From a bacterium (lineage in GTDB: Bacteria; Patescibacteriota; Microgenomatia; Levybacterales; UBA12049), in contig JAJYDJ010000002.1 of the NCBI GenBank assembly GCA_021777565.1, positions 133,082 to 197,081 on the forward strand: a DNA stretch of 64,000 nucleotides, given 5' to 3'. Below, piece after piece: positions 17,407-26,119 of the stretch. The position numbers were made by a program, and so were the translations under genes. Numbering within the stretch: the first letter of the stretch is position 1; the number at the start of each line of letters is the position of its first letter. The notes under the pieces were generated by a model. The model ran no database searches. It saw only the letters and a program-made list of their open reading frames with translations, and was not told where the DNA came from.

Positions 17407-19173
17407 ATGCAGTTTCAAACACTTGCTGAATACTTTGACCGACTAGAAGCAACCTCTTCCCGCTTAGAACTGATTCGCATTCTTTCCACTCTTTTTCATG
17501 AGGTACACTCAGCAGATGAGGTAGAAGAAATTTGTTATTTGGTTCAAGGTCGTATTGCCCCATTTTTTGCCCCTATTGAGATAGGGATGGCGGAAAAAAC
17601 AATTGCCGATGCCCTCTCACACGCATTTGCCATAGACAGAGAAGAAGTGCTCATTGAATTTGATCGTTTGGGGGACATGGGTCTTGCTGCACAAAAGATT
17701 GCCAAAGGGAAACACAAAGAAACTTCATCAGTCTCAGTGAAAGAAGTCTTTGATATCCTGACGGAAATTGCCAACACCTCAGGGAATGGAACAGTTGAAA
17801 AAAAGATTACCCTCTTTTCAGACCTTTTGAAAAAACTTGATAGTGTCTCTATCAAACATGTTGTGCGTATTCCTCTTTCAAATTTACGACTTGGCATAGG
17901 AGATCCCACCATCATGGACGCACTTGCTGCCGTTAAATTAGGAGATAAAAAACTTCGCAGTTATCTGGAAGGAGCATACAATCGCACCTCTGATCTTGGT
18001 CTGATTGCCAGAACTCTTTGGGAGGCAAAAAATCCTGTGGCAGGGGTTGATGCAATCGAAAAACTTTCAGTCCAGGTAGGTAAACCAATTCGCTCAGAAC
18101 TATGTGAACGTCTCCCTGATGCAAAAAAAGTTATTGAGAAAATGGGTGAGGTTGATGCACAGTACAAATACGATGGATTTCGGGTACAAATTCATAAAAA
18201 AGGCAACGACATTTGGATATTCTCACGAAATTTAGAAAACATGACCCACATGTTTCCAGAACTTATCGAGGCGGCAAAGCAAGATATTGATGCTAAAAGT
18301 GTTATTTTAGACGGGGAGGCACTTGCCTATAATGCTGTGTCGGAAGAATTTCTCCCATTTCAAGAAACAACAAAAAGACGTCGTAAGCACAATATTGCAG
18401 AAGTAGCAGAAAAGCTTCCACTTCGCGCATTTATTTTTGACATTCTCTATAAAGATGGGAAGCAACTTCTTGATACCCCACTTCAGGAAAGACAAAAAAT
18501 GTTAAAAGAAACCATCATCAAAGATGACACACTTCTTTTGGCAGAGAATAATCTTATTGATGATGCTCAAAAGCTCCAAAACATGCTTGATGATGCTATC
18601 ACGAAGGGGTTGGAAGGAGTTGTAATTAAGAAAATGAATTCCAAATATGAAGCAGGAGCACGTAATTTTAACTGGGTAAAGTTGAAACGTCATAATGCAG
18701 GTGAGTTGAAAGACACTATTGATTGTGTGCTTCTGGGATATGTTAGTGGGAAAGGGAAACGAACAGCATTTGGCGCTGGGGCTCTTTTGGTAGGTGTATA
18801 CGACAAAAAAGAAGATGTTTTCGTAACGGTCAGTAAAATTGGGACTGGTCTTACGGATGAAGAATGGACGAGTATTCGTGAACGTTCAAAGGGGCTTGAA
18901 AGAGACCATAAACCTGCACGTGTGATTTCACTTATTCAACCATCCGTCTGGTTGGAACCAAAGATCGTTATTGAAGTATTGGCAGATGAAATAACTAGGA
19001 GTCCTATTCATACAGCTGGGGCAGTACTTGAAGAAAATAAAGTCGTTGAGTCAGGATATGCACTACGTTTCCCAAGACTCGTGAGTTTTCGAGATAATGA
19101 TAAAAGTCCAGAAGATGCAACGACGGTAAAAGAACTGATAGATATGTATCAAGAGCAAGGCAAGAAAAGTTAG
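17407..19173 (+). CDS. lig: ATP-dependent DNA ligase (archaeal/eukaryotic-type, LigB-like)
   Basis: KYDGFRVQIH (KxDGxR adenylation motif), EGVVIKK and a C-terminal OB domain. TGcTATACT plus 6 nt lies upstream of the ATG at 17407. The 17314 start is discounted. Confidence 0.85.
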   Translation: MQFQTLAEYFDRLEATSSRLELIRILSTLFHEVHSADEVEEICYLVQGRIAPFFAPIEIGMAEKTIADALSHAFAIDREEVLIEFDRLGDMGLAAQKIAKGKHKETSSVSVKEVFDILTEIANTSGNGTVEKKITLFSDLLKKLDSVSIKHVVRIPLSNLRLGIGDPTIMDALAAVKLGDKKLRSYLEGAYNRTSDLGLIARTLWEAKNPVAGVDAIEKLSVQVGKPIRSELCERLPDAKKVIEKMGEVDAQYKYDGFRVQIHKKGNDIWIFSRNLENMTHMFPELIEAAKQDIDAKSVILDGEALAYNAVSEEFLPFQETTKRRRKHNIAEVAEKLPLRAFIFDILYKDGKQLLDTPLQERQKMLKETIIKDDTLLLAENNLIDDAQKLQNMLDDAITKGLEGVVIKKMNSKYEAGARNFNWVKLKRHNAGELKDTIDCVLLGYVSGKGKRTAFGAGALLVGVYDKKEDVFVTVSKIGTGLTDEEWTSIRERSKGLERDHKPARVISLIQPSVWLEPKIVIEVLADEITRSPIHTAGAVLEENKVVESGYALRFPRLVSFRDNDKSPEDATTVKELIDMYQEQGKKS

Positions 19174-19197
19174 TAAATTGTTGTTACAATATCTCCC

Positions 19198-20493
19198 ATG
19201 CAGGTTGTTGCTGATCTCCATCTTCATTCTAAATATTCTCGAGCAGTGTCACCACAGATGCTTCTTCCCACTATGCCCCGTGTCGCCGCTCAAAAAGGCA
19301 TACATCTTCTGGGAACTGGGGACTTTACTCACCCGTTATGGATGCACGAATTGAGAGAGAAATTAGTGGAAACAGGAAACGGTATTTATTCCCTGAAAGG
19401 GACAGAGGATCAGAGTAAATTCTTGGTGTCGGTTGAGATTGCAACTATTTATACGCAAAACGGGAAAGGAAGGAGAATTCATAATGTCGTTCTTGTACCA
19501 TCCCTTGAAGTAGCTGAGAGAATAAATGAATCACTCATTGCAAAAGGATGTACACTTGGTTCTGATGGCAGGCCGATCATAGGACTTTCATCCAAAAATC
19601 TTCTTGAATTGCTTCTCTCTATTGATGAGAGGTGTCTTCTCATTCCTGCACATGCCTGGACACCATGGTTTGGGGTGTATGGTCTCATGTCTGGATTTGT
19701 AAGCCTGGATGAAGCTTTTGAAGATTTGGCTCCATACGTCTACGCCATCGAAACAGGCATCTCCAGTGATCCTGAGATGAATTGGCAGATGAAAGAGTTG
19801 GCACATCGATCAATCGTCTCATTTTCAGATGCGCATTCACTCCCAAAAATGGGAAGAGAACTGACAGTCTTTGATATGAGTGAACTCTCGTACAACGCAA
19901 TTCGTACTGCCATCATGAGAGCGGATGAAATGAATCAAAAAATTGCATATACCGTAGAGTTCTTTCCGGAAGAAGGCAAGTATCATTACTCAGGGCATCG
20001 CCAATGCGGATTTTTCTTTCGACCAGAAGATGAAGTTTCTGCAAAAGGAATTTGCCTAGTCTGTCATAGACCAGTGACTGATGGCGTCATGAGAAGAGTG
20101 CAGGAAATATCACAAGAAAAGCCAAGAGGGGTAAAACAAATTGACGCATCTGGTGTTTCTTGGATTACAGATCCCAAACAGGAGCATCCGTCGTTTGTTC
20201 GCCTCGTTCCACTGCAAGAAATAATTGCGGAAGTATTGTCCAGGCCAGTCACAAGTCCCAAAGTACAATCATTGTTTGATGAAATGATTCAAAAGATCAG
20301 TACAGAGTTAGACATTCTCTTAACGATACCACTCACTACTATCTCATCAATTGCTGGTGAGAGAATTGCAGAAGGAGTAGCAAAAGTACGATCAGGAGAG
20401 TTATCAATTGCTCCTGGATACGATGGCTTATATGGGAAAGTTTCGATCTGGGACAAACAGCCTAAAGAAGAACAACTCGTATTAAATATCTAA
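19198..20493 (+). CDS. endoQ: endonuclease Q-like PHP-domain nuclease with a zinc finger (TIGR00375-type)
   Basis: DLHLHSKYSRAVS, LGTGDFTHP, PAHAWTPW, SFSDAHS, GKYHYSGHRQC...CLVCHRP, FVRLVPLQEIIAEV and PGYDGLYGK parallel the conserved blocks of archaeal EndoQ as I remember them. TGtTACAAT plus 7 nt lies upstream of the ATG. Confidence 0.75.
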   Translation: MQVVADLHLHSKYSRAVSPQMLLPTMPRVAAQKGIHLLGTGDFTHPLWMHELREKLVETGNGIYSLKGTEDQSKFLVSVEIATIYTQNGKGRRIHNVVLVPSLEVAERINESLIAKGCTLGSDGRPIIGLSSKNLLELLLSIDERCLLIPAHAWTPWFGVYGLMSGFVSLDEAFEDLAPYVYAIETGISSDPEMNWQMKELAHRSIVSFSDAHSLPKMGRELTVFDMSELSYNAIRTAIMRADEMNQKIAYTVEFFPEEGKYHYSGHRQCGFFFRPEDEVSAKGICLVCHRPVTDGVMRRVQEISQEKPRGVKQIDASGVSWITDPKQEHPSFVRLVPLQEIIAEVLSRPVTSPKVQSLFDEMIQKISTELDILLTIPLTTISSIAGERIAEGVAKVRSGELSIAPGYDGLYGKVSIWDKQPKEEQLVLNI

Positions 20494-20569
20494 AGAGCTC
20501 CTTGCAACATCCCCTAATTCTTGTTTTACTAAACATAGTGTAGATATATGTTGAGAGGAGGTGATATGA

Positions 20570-21022
20570 ATGCCTAAAAAAACACAATCAAAATCAGGAC
20601 AAGATGTCATGGGAATGATGGAAGAATGGTTTTTAAAACTTCCACCGCTTCCTGAAAATGGAAGAAAAAACTTAGTTGGTTTTCTGCCATTAATCTCTCT
20701 TATTTTTGGAATTCTTGGAGTCATCTTTGGAGTTGCTGCACTTGGTGCATTAACCGTACTCTCACCACTACTCCTTCTGGGAGCAGGTGTGGGGCACGCA
20801 GGTGGGTCCCTCGTGAGTGAGCTCATCAGTCTCGCTGGGTCAGTGATGCTTTTGGCAGCATACCCAGGACTCAAGATGAGAAGCACTCGTGGGTGGCAAC
20901 TTCTGTTCTGGAGTCAGGCTGTTTGGGTGCTTTCATCACTGTTGTCACTCTCAGTCATGGGACTTATCCTTGACGCAGTAGGATTTTATCTGTTGTACCA
21001 GATTAAATCGTATTACAAATAG
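20570..21022 (+). CDS. membrane protein (3-4 TM, Gly/Ala/Leu-rich), hypothetical
   Basis: A GAGAGGAGG SD precedes the ATG. Hydrophobic helices are present. The antisense ORF 20482-20886 is rejected. Confidence 0.5.
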   Translation: MPKKTQSKSGQDVMGMMEEWFLKLPPLPENGRKNLVGFLPLISLIFGILGVIFGVAALGALTVLSPLLLLGAGVGHAGGSLVSELISLAGSVMLLAAYPGLKMRSTRGWQLLFWSQAVWVLSSLLSLSVMGLILDAVGFYLLYQIKSYYK

Positions 21023-21040
21023 AGTGCCTGAATTGATACA

Positions 21041-21068
21041 AGATACATGCCTTTTTTGGCATGTATCT
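21041..21068 (+). terminator. perfect 12-bp palindromic hairpin (AAGATACATGCC-T6-GGCATGTATCTT), probable terminator
   Basis: It lies between the stop of the membrane-protein gene and the pth promoter. The T-tail is weak (tgtg follows). Confidence 0.4.
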
Positions 21069-21123
21069 TTGTGATCAAGTTATCCATTGTCAACGAGATA
21101 ATGGGAGGGGTATACTGCAAGTA

Positions 21124-21735
21124 ATGAAGCTTCTTGTTGGACTTGGAAATATTGGAGAGTCCTACGATAGGACACGTCACAATGTTGGATTTTGGGCCAT
21201 TGACGCATTCGCACACAGCATTGAAGTACACCAGCCCCTCACATGGAAAACAGAAAAAAAGTTCTTTTCTCAGATAGCAGAGACTACCTGGCAAATAACA
21301 GGAACAAATACTGTCGAAAAAATATACCTCATCAAACCAACTACCTTTATGAATGATTCTGGAAAAGCGGTAGCTGCAGTGGCTAATTTTTACAATATTC
21401 CAACCAGTGATATTTGGGTAATCCATGATGATGTTGATTTCCCTGTAGGAGTATTAAAAATTCGCGAAGGAGGGTCTTCTGCTGGGCATAATGGTATTTT
21501 ATCTATCATCGAGTCGCTTGGTTCAGATAAATTTTGGAGATTTCGTATCGGGGTTGGGAGGCCACTTGGTAAAGAAGAAAAGTATAACGTTATTAAACAT
21601 GTCCTTCGTGTCTTCTCCGCACCTGATCACCGTAAAATGCAAGAAGTGATAAAACATACCATTGCAGCTATAGAATTGGCCTTAGATAAGGACTTGTCTG
21701 CTGCCATGAATCGCTACAACATATCCGGTAAATAA
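21124..21735 (+). CDS. pth: peptidyl-tRNA hydrolase
   Basis: LLVGLGNIGESYDRTRHNVGF is the Pth signature. TTGTCA-18-TATACT plus 7 nt lies upstream of the ATG at 21124. Confidence 0.85.
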   Translation: MKLLVGLGNIGESYDRTRHNVGFWAIDAFAHSIEVHQPLTWKTEKKFFSQIAETTWQITGTNTVEKIYLIKPTTFMNDSGKAVAAVANFYNIPTSDIWVIHDDVDFPVGVLKIREGGSSAGHNGILSIIESLGSDKFWRFRIGVGRPLGKEEKYNVIKHVLRVFSAPDHRKMQEVIKHTIAAIELALDKDLSAAMNRYNISGK

Positions 21736-21736
21736 T

Positions 21737-22012
21737 ATGCAAGACATTAACTCCATCTTGGAATCATATAATCCTGTCGTGGATAAATATGTTTCGCGCG
21801 AATTTCAAACCTATGGGTTATATCTATCAGAGAAGTTAGATGATATGAAGCACAAAGCACTTTATATTAAACTGGCAAAAACGACACATCGAAGTATTTT
21901 AGAGAAAGCACTACAGTTTTGTATCGACAGTACTGCAACAAGCAAAGGTGCACTTTTTATGTGGAAGCTCAAACAGCTGAAAGCCATAGAACAAAAGACA
22001 GGGAATGTATGA
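21737..22012 (+). CDS. hypothetical small protein (91 aa)
   Basis: It fills the pth-tatD gap exactly. Its stop overlaps the tatD ATG (ATGA), which suggests translational coupling. Confidence 0.4.
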   Translation: MQDINSILESYNPVVDKYVSREFQTYGLYLSEKLDDMKHKALYIKLAKTTHRSILEKALQFCIDSTATSKGALFMWKLKQLKAIEQKTGNV

Positions 22013-22797
22013 TTGATGCGCACTGCCACCTAAACTTCACAGAATATGATGACGATCGAGATGAAGTCCTCTTTCGTGCGAGACAGGTTGGTGTCAAAAA
22101 CTTCTTAGTGATAGGGACGAGTCTTGAGACAAGTGAAAAAGCCCTCGCTCTTGCAAAAAAGGAGAAGGATATAGCTGCAGTCGTCGGGGTACATCCAACC
22201 GAGATTGAACATCTTCCGGAGCACTGGGTCAGTCAGCTTAAAACGCTTGCCCTAGATCCCGAAGTCGTGGCTATTGGAGAGATTGGTCTTGATTACTATC
22301 ATACCCAAGAGACGGCCGTACACAAAAAACAACAAGAGATATTTGTTACTCAACTAGAGATTGCTCATGAGGTTGGCAAACCAGTACAAATTCATAACCG
22401 TCATGCCGGGGAGGATCTCATGCAAATCTTGAACGAGCATAGTCAGATTCTTCTCAATCAACCTGGAATGCTACACTGTTTTGCTTCAAGTTTAGACGTA
22501 TTACGTCAAGCGCTCGACCTGGGATTTTACATTGGGATAGATGGTAATGTCACGTATCCTGGGCTAGCCAAAGGTGAAAGTGTAACCATTCCAGAAATTG
22601 TTAGGACGACTCCACTTGAGCGTATAATTACAGAGACAGACAGCCCGTATCTAACCCCCATTCCCTATCGCGGTAGCAGAAATGAGCCTCAACATGTTAT
22701 ACTTGTGGCAGCAGAGATAGCCCGTATTAAAGGTGTTTCTGCGCAAGAGGTTGAAGAACAGGTCCATAAAAATGTCTCAACACTTTTTGGTATATGA
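22009..22797 (+). CDS. tatD: TatD family metal-dependent hydrolase/DNase
   Basis: The MIDAHCHL N-terminus plus the conserved His/Asp/Glu positions (HPTE, HNRHAGED, DSPYL). Confidence 0.85.
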   Translation: MIDAHCHLNFTEYDDDRDEVLFRARQVGVKNFLVIGTSLETSEKALALAKKEKDIAAVVGVHPTEIEHLPEHWVSQLKTLALDPEVVAIGEIGLDYYHTQETAVHKKQQEIFVTQLEIAHEVGKPVQIHNRHAGEDLMQILNEHSQILLNQPGMLHCFASSLDVLRQALDLGFYIGIDGNVTYPGLAKGESVTIPEIVRTTPLERIITETDSPYLTPIPYRGSRNEPQHVILVAAEIARIKGVSAQEVEEQVHKNVSTLFGI

Positions 22798-24290
22798 CAC
22801 AAGTATTTAATACTTTATTTACTCGATATCCTGTAAAAACCCGAAGATTTTTTGAAATTCTTCCAGGCATCGTGTCATGGACACTGATCCTATTCCCTGT
22901 GTGGGGATCGTTCTTTATGCCAGTTGTGCTTGCATATTTTGTGCTCTTCTTTGATATCTACTGGTTGACCAACTCGTTCTCTCTTGCAACATCAGCCCTC
23001 ATTGCATCTCGAAGAATTGCTCTTGCAGAAAGAGAAAAATGGATTATTCGTGCAGAAGAACTCCCAGATGCTCAGAAGGTAGCTCACGTTATAATTATTC
23101 CCAATTATAAGGAGCGTGTTGAAAAGATTCGCCAAGCCTTGCATGCAATCGCAAAGCAAACATTTCCAACGAAGCGCATCTATATTGTTCTCGCTATGGA
23201 AAAACGTGAAGAAGGGGCTCAGGAGAAAGCAGATGTGCTCACCAAAGAGTTTAAACATATGTTTGGAGATATGGTCACATCCCTTCATGCTATTGTCCCG
23301 GGGGAAGTTGCTGGTAAATCCTCAAATGAGGCATACGCGGGGAGAATGGCCTATGAAAAATGGGTGGTAAAGAGTAAAAAAATTGATCTTGATTTTGCGA
23401 CAGTCACTACGGTCGATACCGATAGTCTTTTTGATAAACAATATTTTGCCTATCTAACGTATGCTTTTTTAAAAAGCCCCCGCCGTTATAATACATTCTG
23501 GCAATCAGCAAATGTTAGCCACAACAATTTTTGGAAAGTGCCAGCACCGGTCAGAGTGATGGCATTTTTTAATTCACTCATGCGTACAGCACTTCTGATG
23601 CAGGGAGATGGTCTTATCCCTAATTCGACATACTCACTCTCGCTACGTTTGATCGTAGATATCGATTTCTGGGATACTGATGTCATCCCAGAAGATTACA
23701 GAGTCTTTTTTAAAGCATTTTTTCACAAAAAAGGACAAGCCTGGGTTGATCCAATTTTCTTAAAAACATCAATTGATGCTCCTCAGTCAGAAGGATTCTG
23801 GGCAACATTAAAAAATAAGTATGAGCAGGAGAGACGATGGTCATGGGGAGTCTCGGATTATCCGTTATTTGTTAAATGGTGGTTCACGGTTCCTGGTGTC
23901 CCTTTTGTGAGAAAAACAAAATTGTTATATCACGTCGTGTTGGATCATTTTATGTGGCCGGCCAACTGGTTTATTCTCACGGTTGCTGCTAACGTTATCC
24001 CATTTGTAAATCCCGCATTTACAAAAACAGCTATTGGGTATAATTTGCCACGTATTGCTGGAATGATACTAACTTTTTGTTTATTCTCGACACTGTTAAT
24101 GATTTCAATTGATGCGCGAAATAGAGGAGATGCACGTATGGTCTCAAAAACCAGACAATTCTTGTTCCCACTTGAGTTCCTTTTGATGCCAATTACAGGA
24201 TTTTTCCTCTCAGCATTGCCTGCCATGCTCTCTCATACCCAACTCATGTTTGGAAAGCGCATTGAATATAAAGTCACAGAGAAAGTATAA
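22794..24290 (+). CDS. membrane-embedded processive family-2 glycosyltransferase (cellulose/chitin/hyaluronan-synthase-like, QxxRW)
   Basis: N-terminal TM pair, a GT-A domain (IIIPNYKE, TTVDTDSLFD), a QERRW motif, then a C-terminal multi-TM region. Confidence 0.75.
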   Translation: MTQVFNTLFTRYPVKTRRFFEILPGIVSWTLILFPVWGSFFMPVVLAYFVLFFDIYWLTNSFSLATSALIASRRIALAEREKWIIRAEELPDAQKVAHVIIIPNYKERVEKIRQALHAIAKQTFPTKRIYIVLAMEKREEGAQEKADVLTKEFKHMFGDMVTSLHAIVPGEVAGKSSNEAYAGRMAYEKWVVKSKKIDLDFATVTTVDTDSLFDKQYFAYLTYAFLKSPRRYNTFWQSANVSHNNFWKVPAPVRVMAFFNSLMRTALLMQGDGLIPNSTYSLSLRLIVDIDFWDTDVIPEDYRVFFKAFFHKKGQAWVDPIFLKTSIDAPQSEGFWATLKNKYEQERRWSWGVSDYPLFVKWWFTVPGVPFVRKTKLLYHVVLDHFMWPANWFILTVAANVIPFVNPAFTKTAIGYNLPRIAGMILTFCLFSTLLMISIDARNRGDARMVSKTRQFLFPLEFLLMPITGFFLSALPAMLSHTQLMFGKRIEYKVTEKV

Positions 24291-24297
24291 TAAGTTC

Positions 24298-25791
24298 ATG
24301 GACTCTTCATTTTTCTCCAAAACGCTTACTCGTTTAGAAAAATCACGATCATTTTGGGCACTGTTGATTACCTGTGTTGGCTATTTTCTTCTCAGAGTAC
24401 CATCACTCTTTGAACCTATTTGGTATGGTGACGAAGCGCTGTATCAAGTCATGGGGAAGGCACTCCTAACAGGCAGAACGCTCTATACCGGCATTTGGGA
24501 TAATAAACCACCTCTTCTGTACTATACGTATGCGTTATTTGGTGGTGACCAATTTTCTGTTCGTCTAGCGTCAATTTTTATTGGTATGGTGAGTATTGTC
24601 TTATTTTTTTTCTTGGCAAAAATATGGATATCAGGAGAGAAAAAACAATTTATCGCAACAGGACTTTTTGCTTTTTTTCTTTCATCACCCATGTTTATGG
24701 GTAACACCTTTAATGCAGAGCACTTGGTTCTTCCTTGTGTCCTTGCAGGGGTACTTATTTGGCAGAGGACACTTACACTTCAGAAACCGTCTCTAAAACA
24801 TTTCTATCTTGCAGGACTTCTTTTTGGAGTTGGATTTATGGTAAAAGTAAATCCAATTTTTGACATTACAGCCTGTGGGTTAGTTCTATTATTTAACATA
24901 AAAAGAAAATCAGAAATTGCTTCCTATGGCGCCAAGGTTGGTAGTACTGCGCTTGGATTCATGACTCCATTTCTCTGGTTTGTCCTTTTCTTTTTTGTAA
25001 AAGGGGGACTTGCTGCCTTTATTTCGAGTGCATTCTTAAGTAATGTGGGATATGCAGAATATGCAAATAATTTCTTCGTATCAGGTCAGTTCTTCTTAAT
25101 ACTTAAATTTCTTGTTCTTTTGGGTTTTTGTGGATTTGTCTACATCAAGAGGTCGCATCTCTCTCAACAGTATCGTTTGCTTCTTATATGGTCTGGGTGG
25201 AGCCTTTTTAGTGTTTTGTTAACACAGCGAAATTACCCACATTATGCAGTGCTTCTCCTGCCGAGTTTTATCATCCTAGGGACTCTTATCTGTGTAAGAG
25301 TAAAAGAGCGTATGTATCGTGCGATGAGAATACCATTTGTTTTAGGTCTCATCAGTGTTGCCGTTGTTATTCAACCAAACATATTTTCAATAATTCCTTA
25401 CTATTGGCATTTTGGTCAGTACATTACTAACTCTATAACCTTAACACAGTATTTTGCATCATTTGATTCACGTGTCCCACGAGATTATGCAGTAGCCCAA
25501 TTTGTGAATACAAAACATCCAAAAGCCAACGAAGTTCTGGTTTGGGGGGATAATCCACAAATTTATACCTTGACCAACACGCTGCCACAAGGGCCATTGA
25601 TAGTTGCCTATCATGTGGGATTTAGTAAGACATCATATGCAAAAGAGGTTGCCCTGTTGCAAAAACAATTGCCACGTATTATTGTGTTGTATCCCAATCA
25701 ATCTTTTCCACCAGTAGGAATGGGACAGTACAAAAACGATTTCTCAATAGAAGGAGTTCATATTTATGAAAGAAACACTCAAGCTTTTTAA
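24298..25791 (+). CDS. GT-C fold glycosyltransferase (ArnT/PMT family 39/83-like; polyprenyl-phosphate-sugar dependent)
   Basis: Ten or more TM helices. The first-loop sequence PIWYGDEALYQ...GIWDNKPPLLYY is typical of GT-C acceptor/donor loops. Confidence 0.65.
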   Translation: MDSSFFSKTLTRLEKSRSFWALLITCVGYFLLRVPSLFEPIWYGDEALYQVMGKALLTGRTLYTGIWDNKPPLLYYTYALFGGDQFSVRLASIFIGMVSIVLFFFLAKIWISGEKKQFIATGLFAFFLSSPMFMGNTFNAEHLVLPCVLAGVLIWQRTLTLQKPSLKHFYLAGLLFGVGFMVKVNPIFDITACGLVLLFNIKRKSEIASYGAKVGSTALGFMTPFLWFVLFFFVKGGLAAFISSAFLSNVGYAEYANNFFVSGQFFLILKFLVLLGFCGFVYIKRSHLSQQYRLLLIWSGWSLFSVLLTQRNYPHYAVLLLPSFIILGTLICVRVKERMYRAMRIPFVLGLISVAVVIQPNIFSIIPYYWHFGQYITNSITLTQYFASFDSRVPRDYAVAQFVNTKHPKANEVLVWGDNPQIYTLTNTLPQGPLIVAYHVGFSKTSYAKEVALLQKQLPRIIVLYPNQSFPPVGMGQYKNDFSIEGVHIYERNTQAF

Positions 25792-26119
25792 GTCTGATAA
25801 AGTTGTCAGTAGTGCCTATTTACTCAGTACGGTGAGTTTTTTCATCGTGGGTGCTGCGATAGCTGTTGCATGGTCACATCTTGCGCCTTACTTGCCAATT
25901 TTTCTTAAACTTGCCTGGGGATATGACAGGGTAGGACTTAAGATAGAAATGCTCTATCCATTGGCGCTTTGGTTTGTTGAACTTGTTATTGCGTTTTGGC
26001 TTATAAGGCCTGTGTATGTGCGCACGGTTATCTTGGGAAGATTTATTGCGTTGGCGCTGCTTCTTACGTCATTGTTATTTTTGATTTTTTTCATTCAAAT
26101 CGTTAGGATAGGAGTGTAA
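25766..26119 (+). CDS. small 4-TM membrane protein, possibly GtrA-like flippase component
   Basis: 117 aa with four helices and FFIVGAAIAV near the N-terminus. It is embedded between the GT-C and polyprenyl-P transferases. Confidence 0.4.
   Translation: MKETLKLFKSDKVVSSAYLLSTVSFFIVGAAIAVAWSHLAPYLPIFLKLAWGYDRVGLKIEMLYPLALWFVELVIAFWLIRPVYVRTVILGRFIALALLLTSLLFLIFFIQIVRIGV

Noticed and set aside
20482-20886. 134-aa minus-strand ORF overlapping the 20570-21022 membrane-protein gene
   Set aside because: The plus-strand ORF has a strong GAGAGGAGG SD and coherent TM helices. The minus ORF is Pro/Ser/Arg-rich, typical of an antisense shadow frame.
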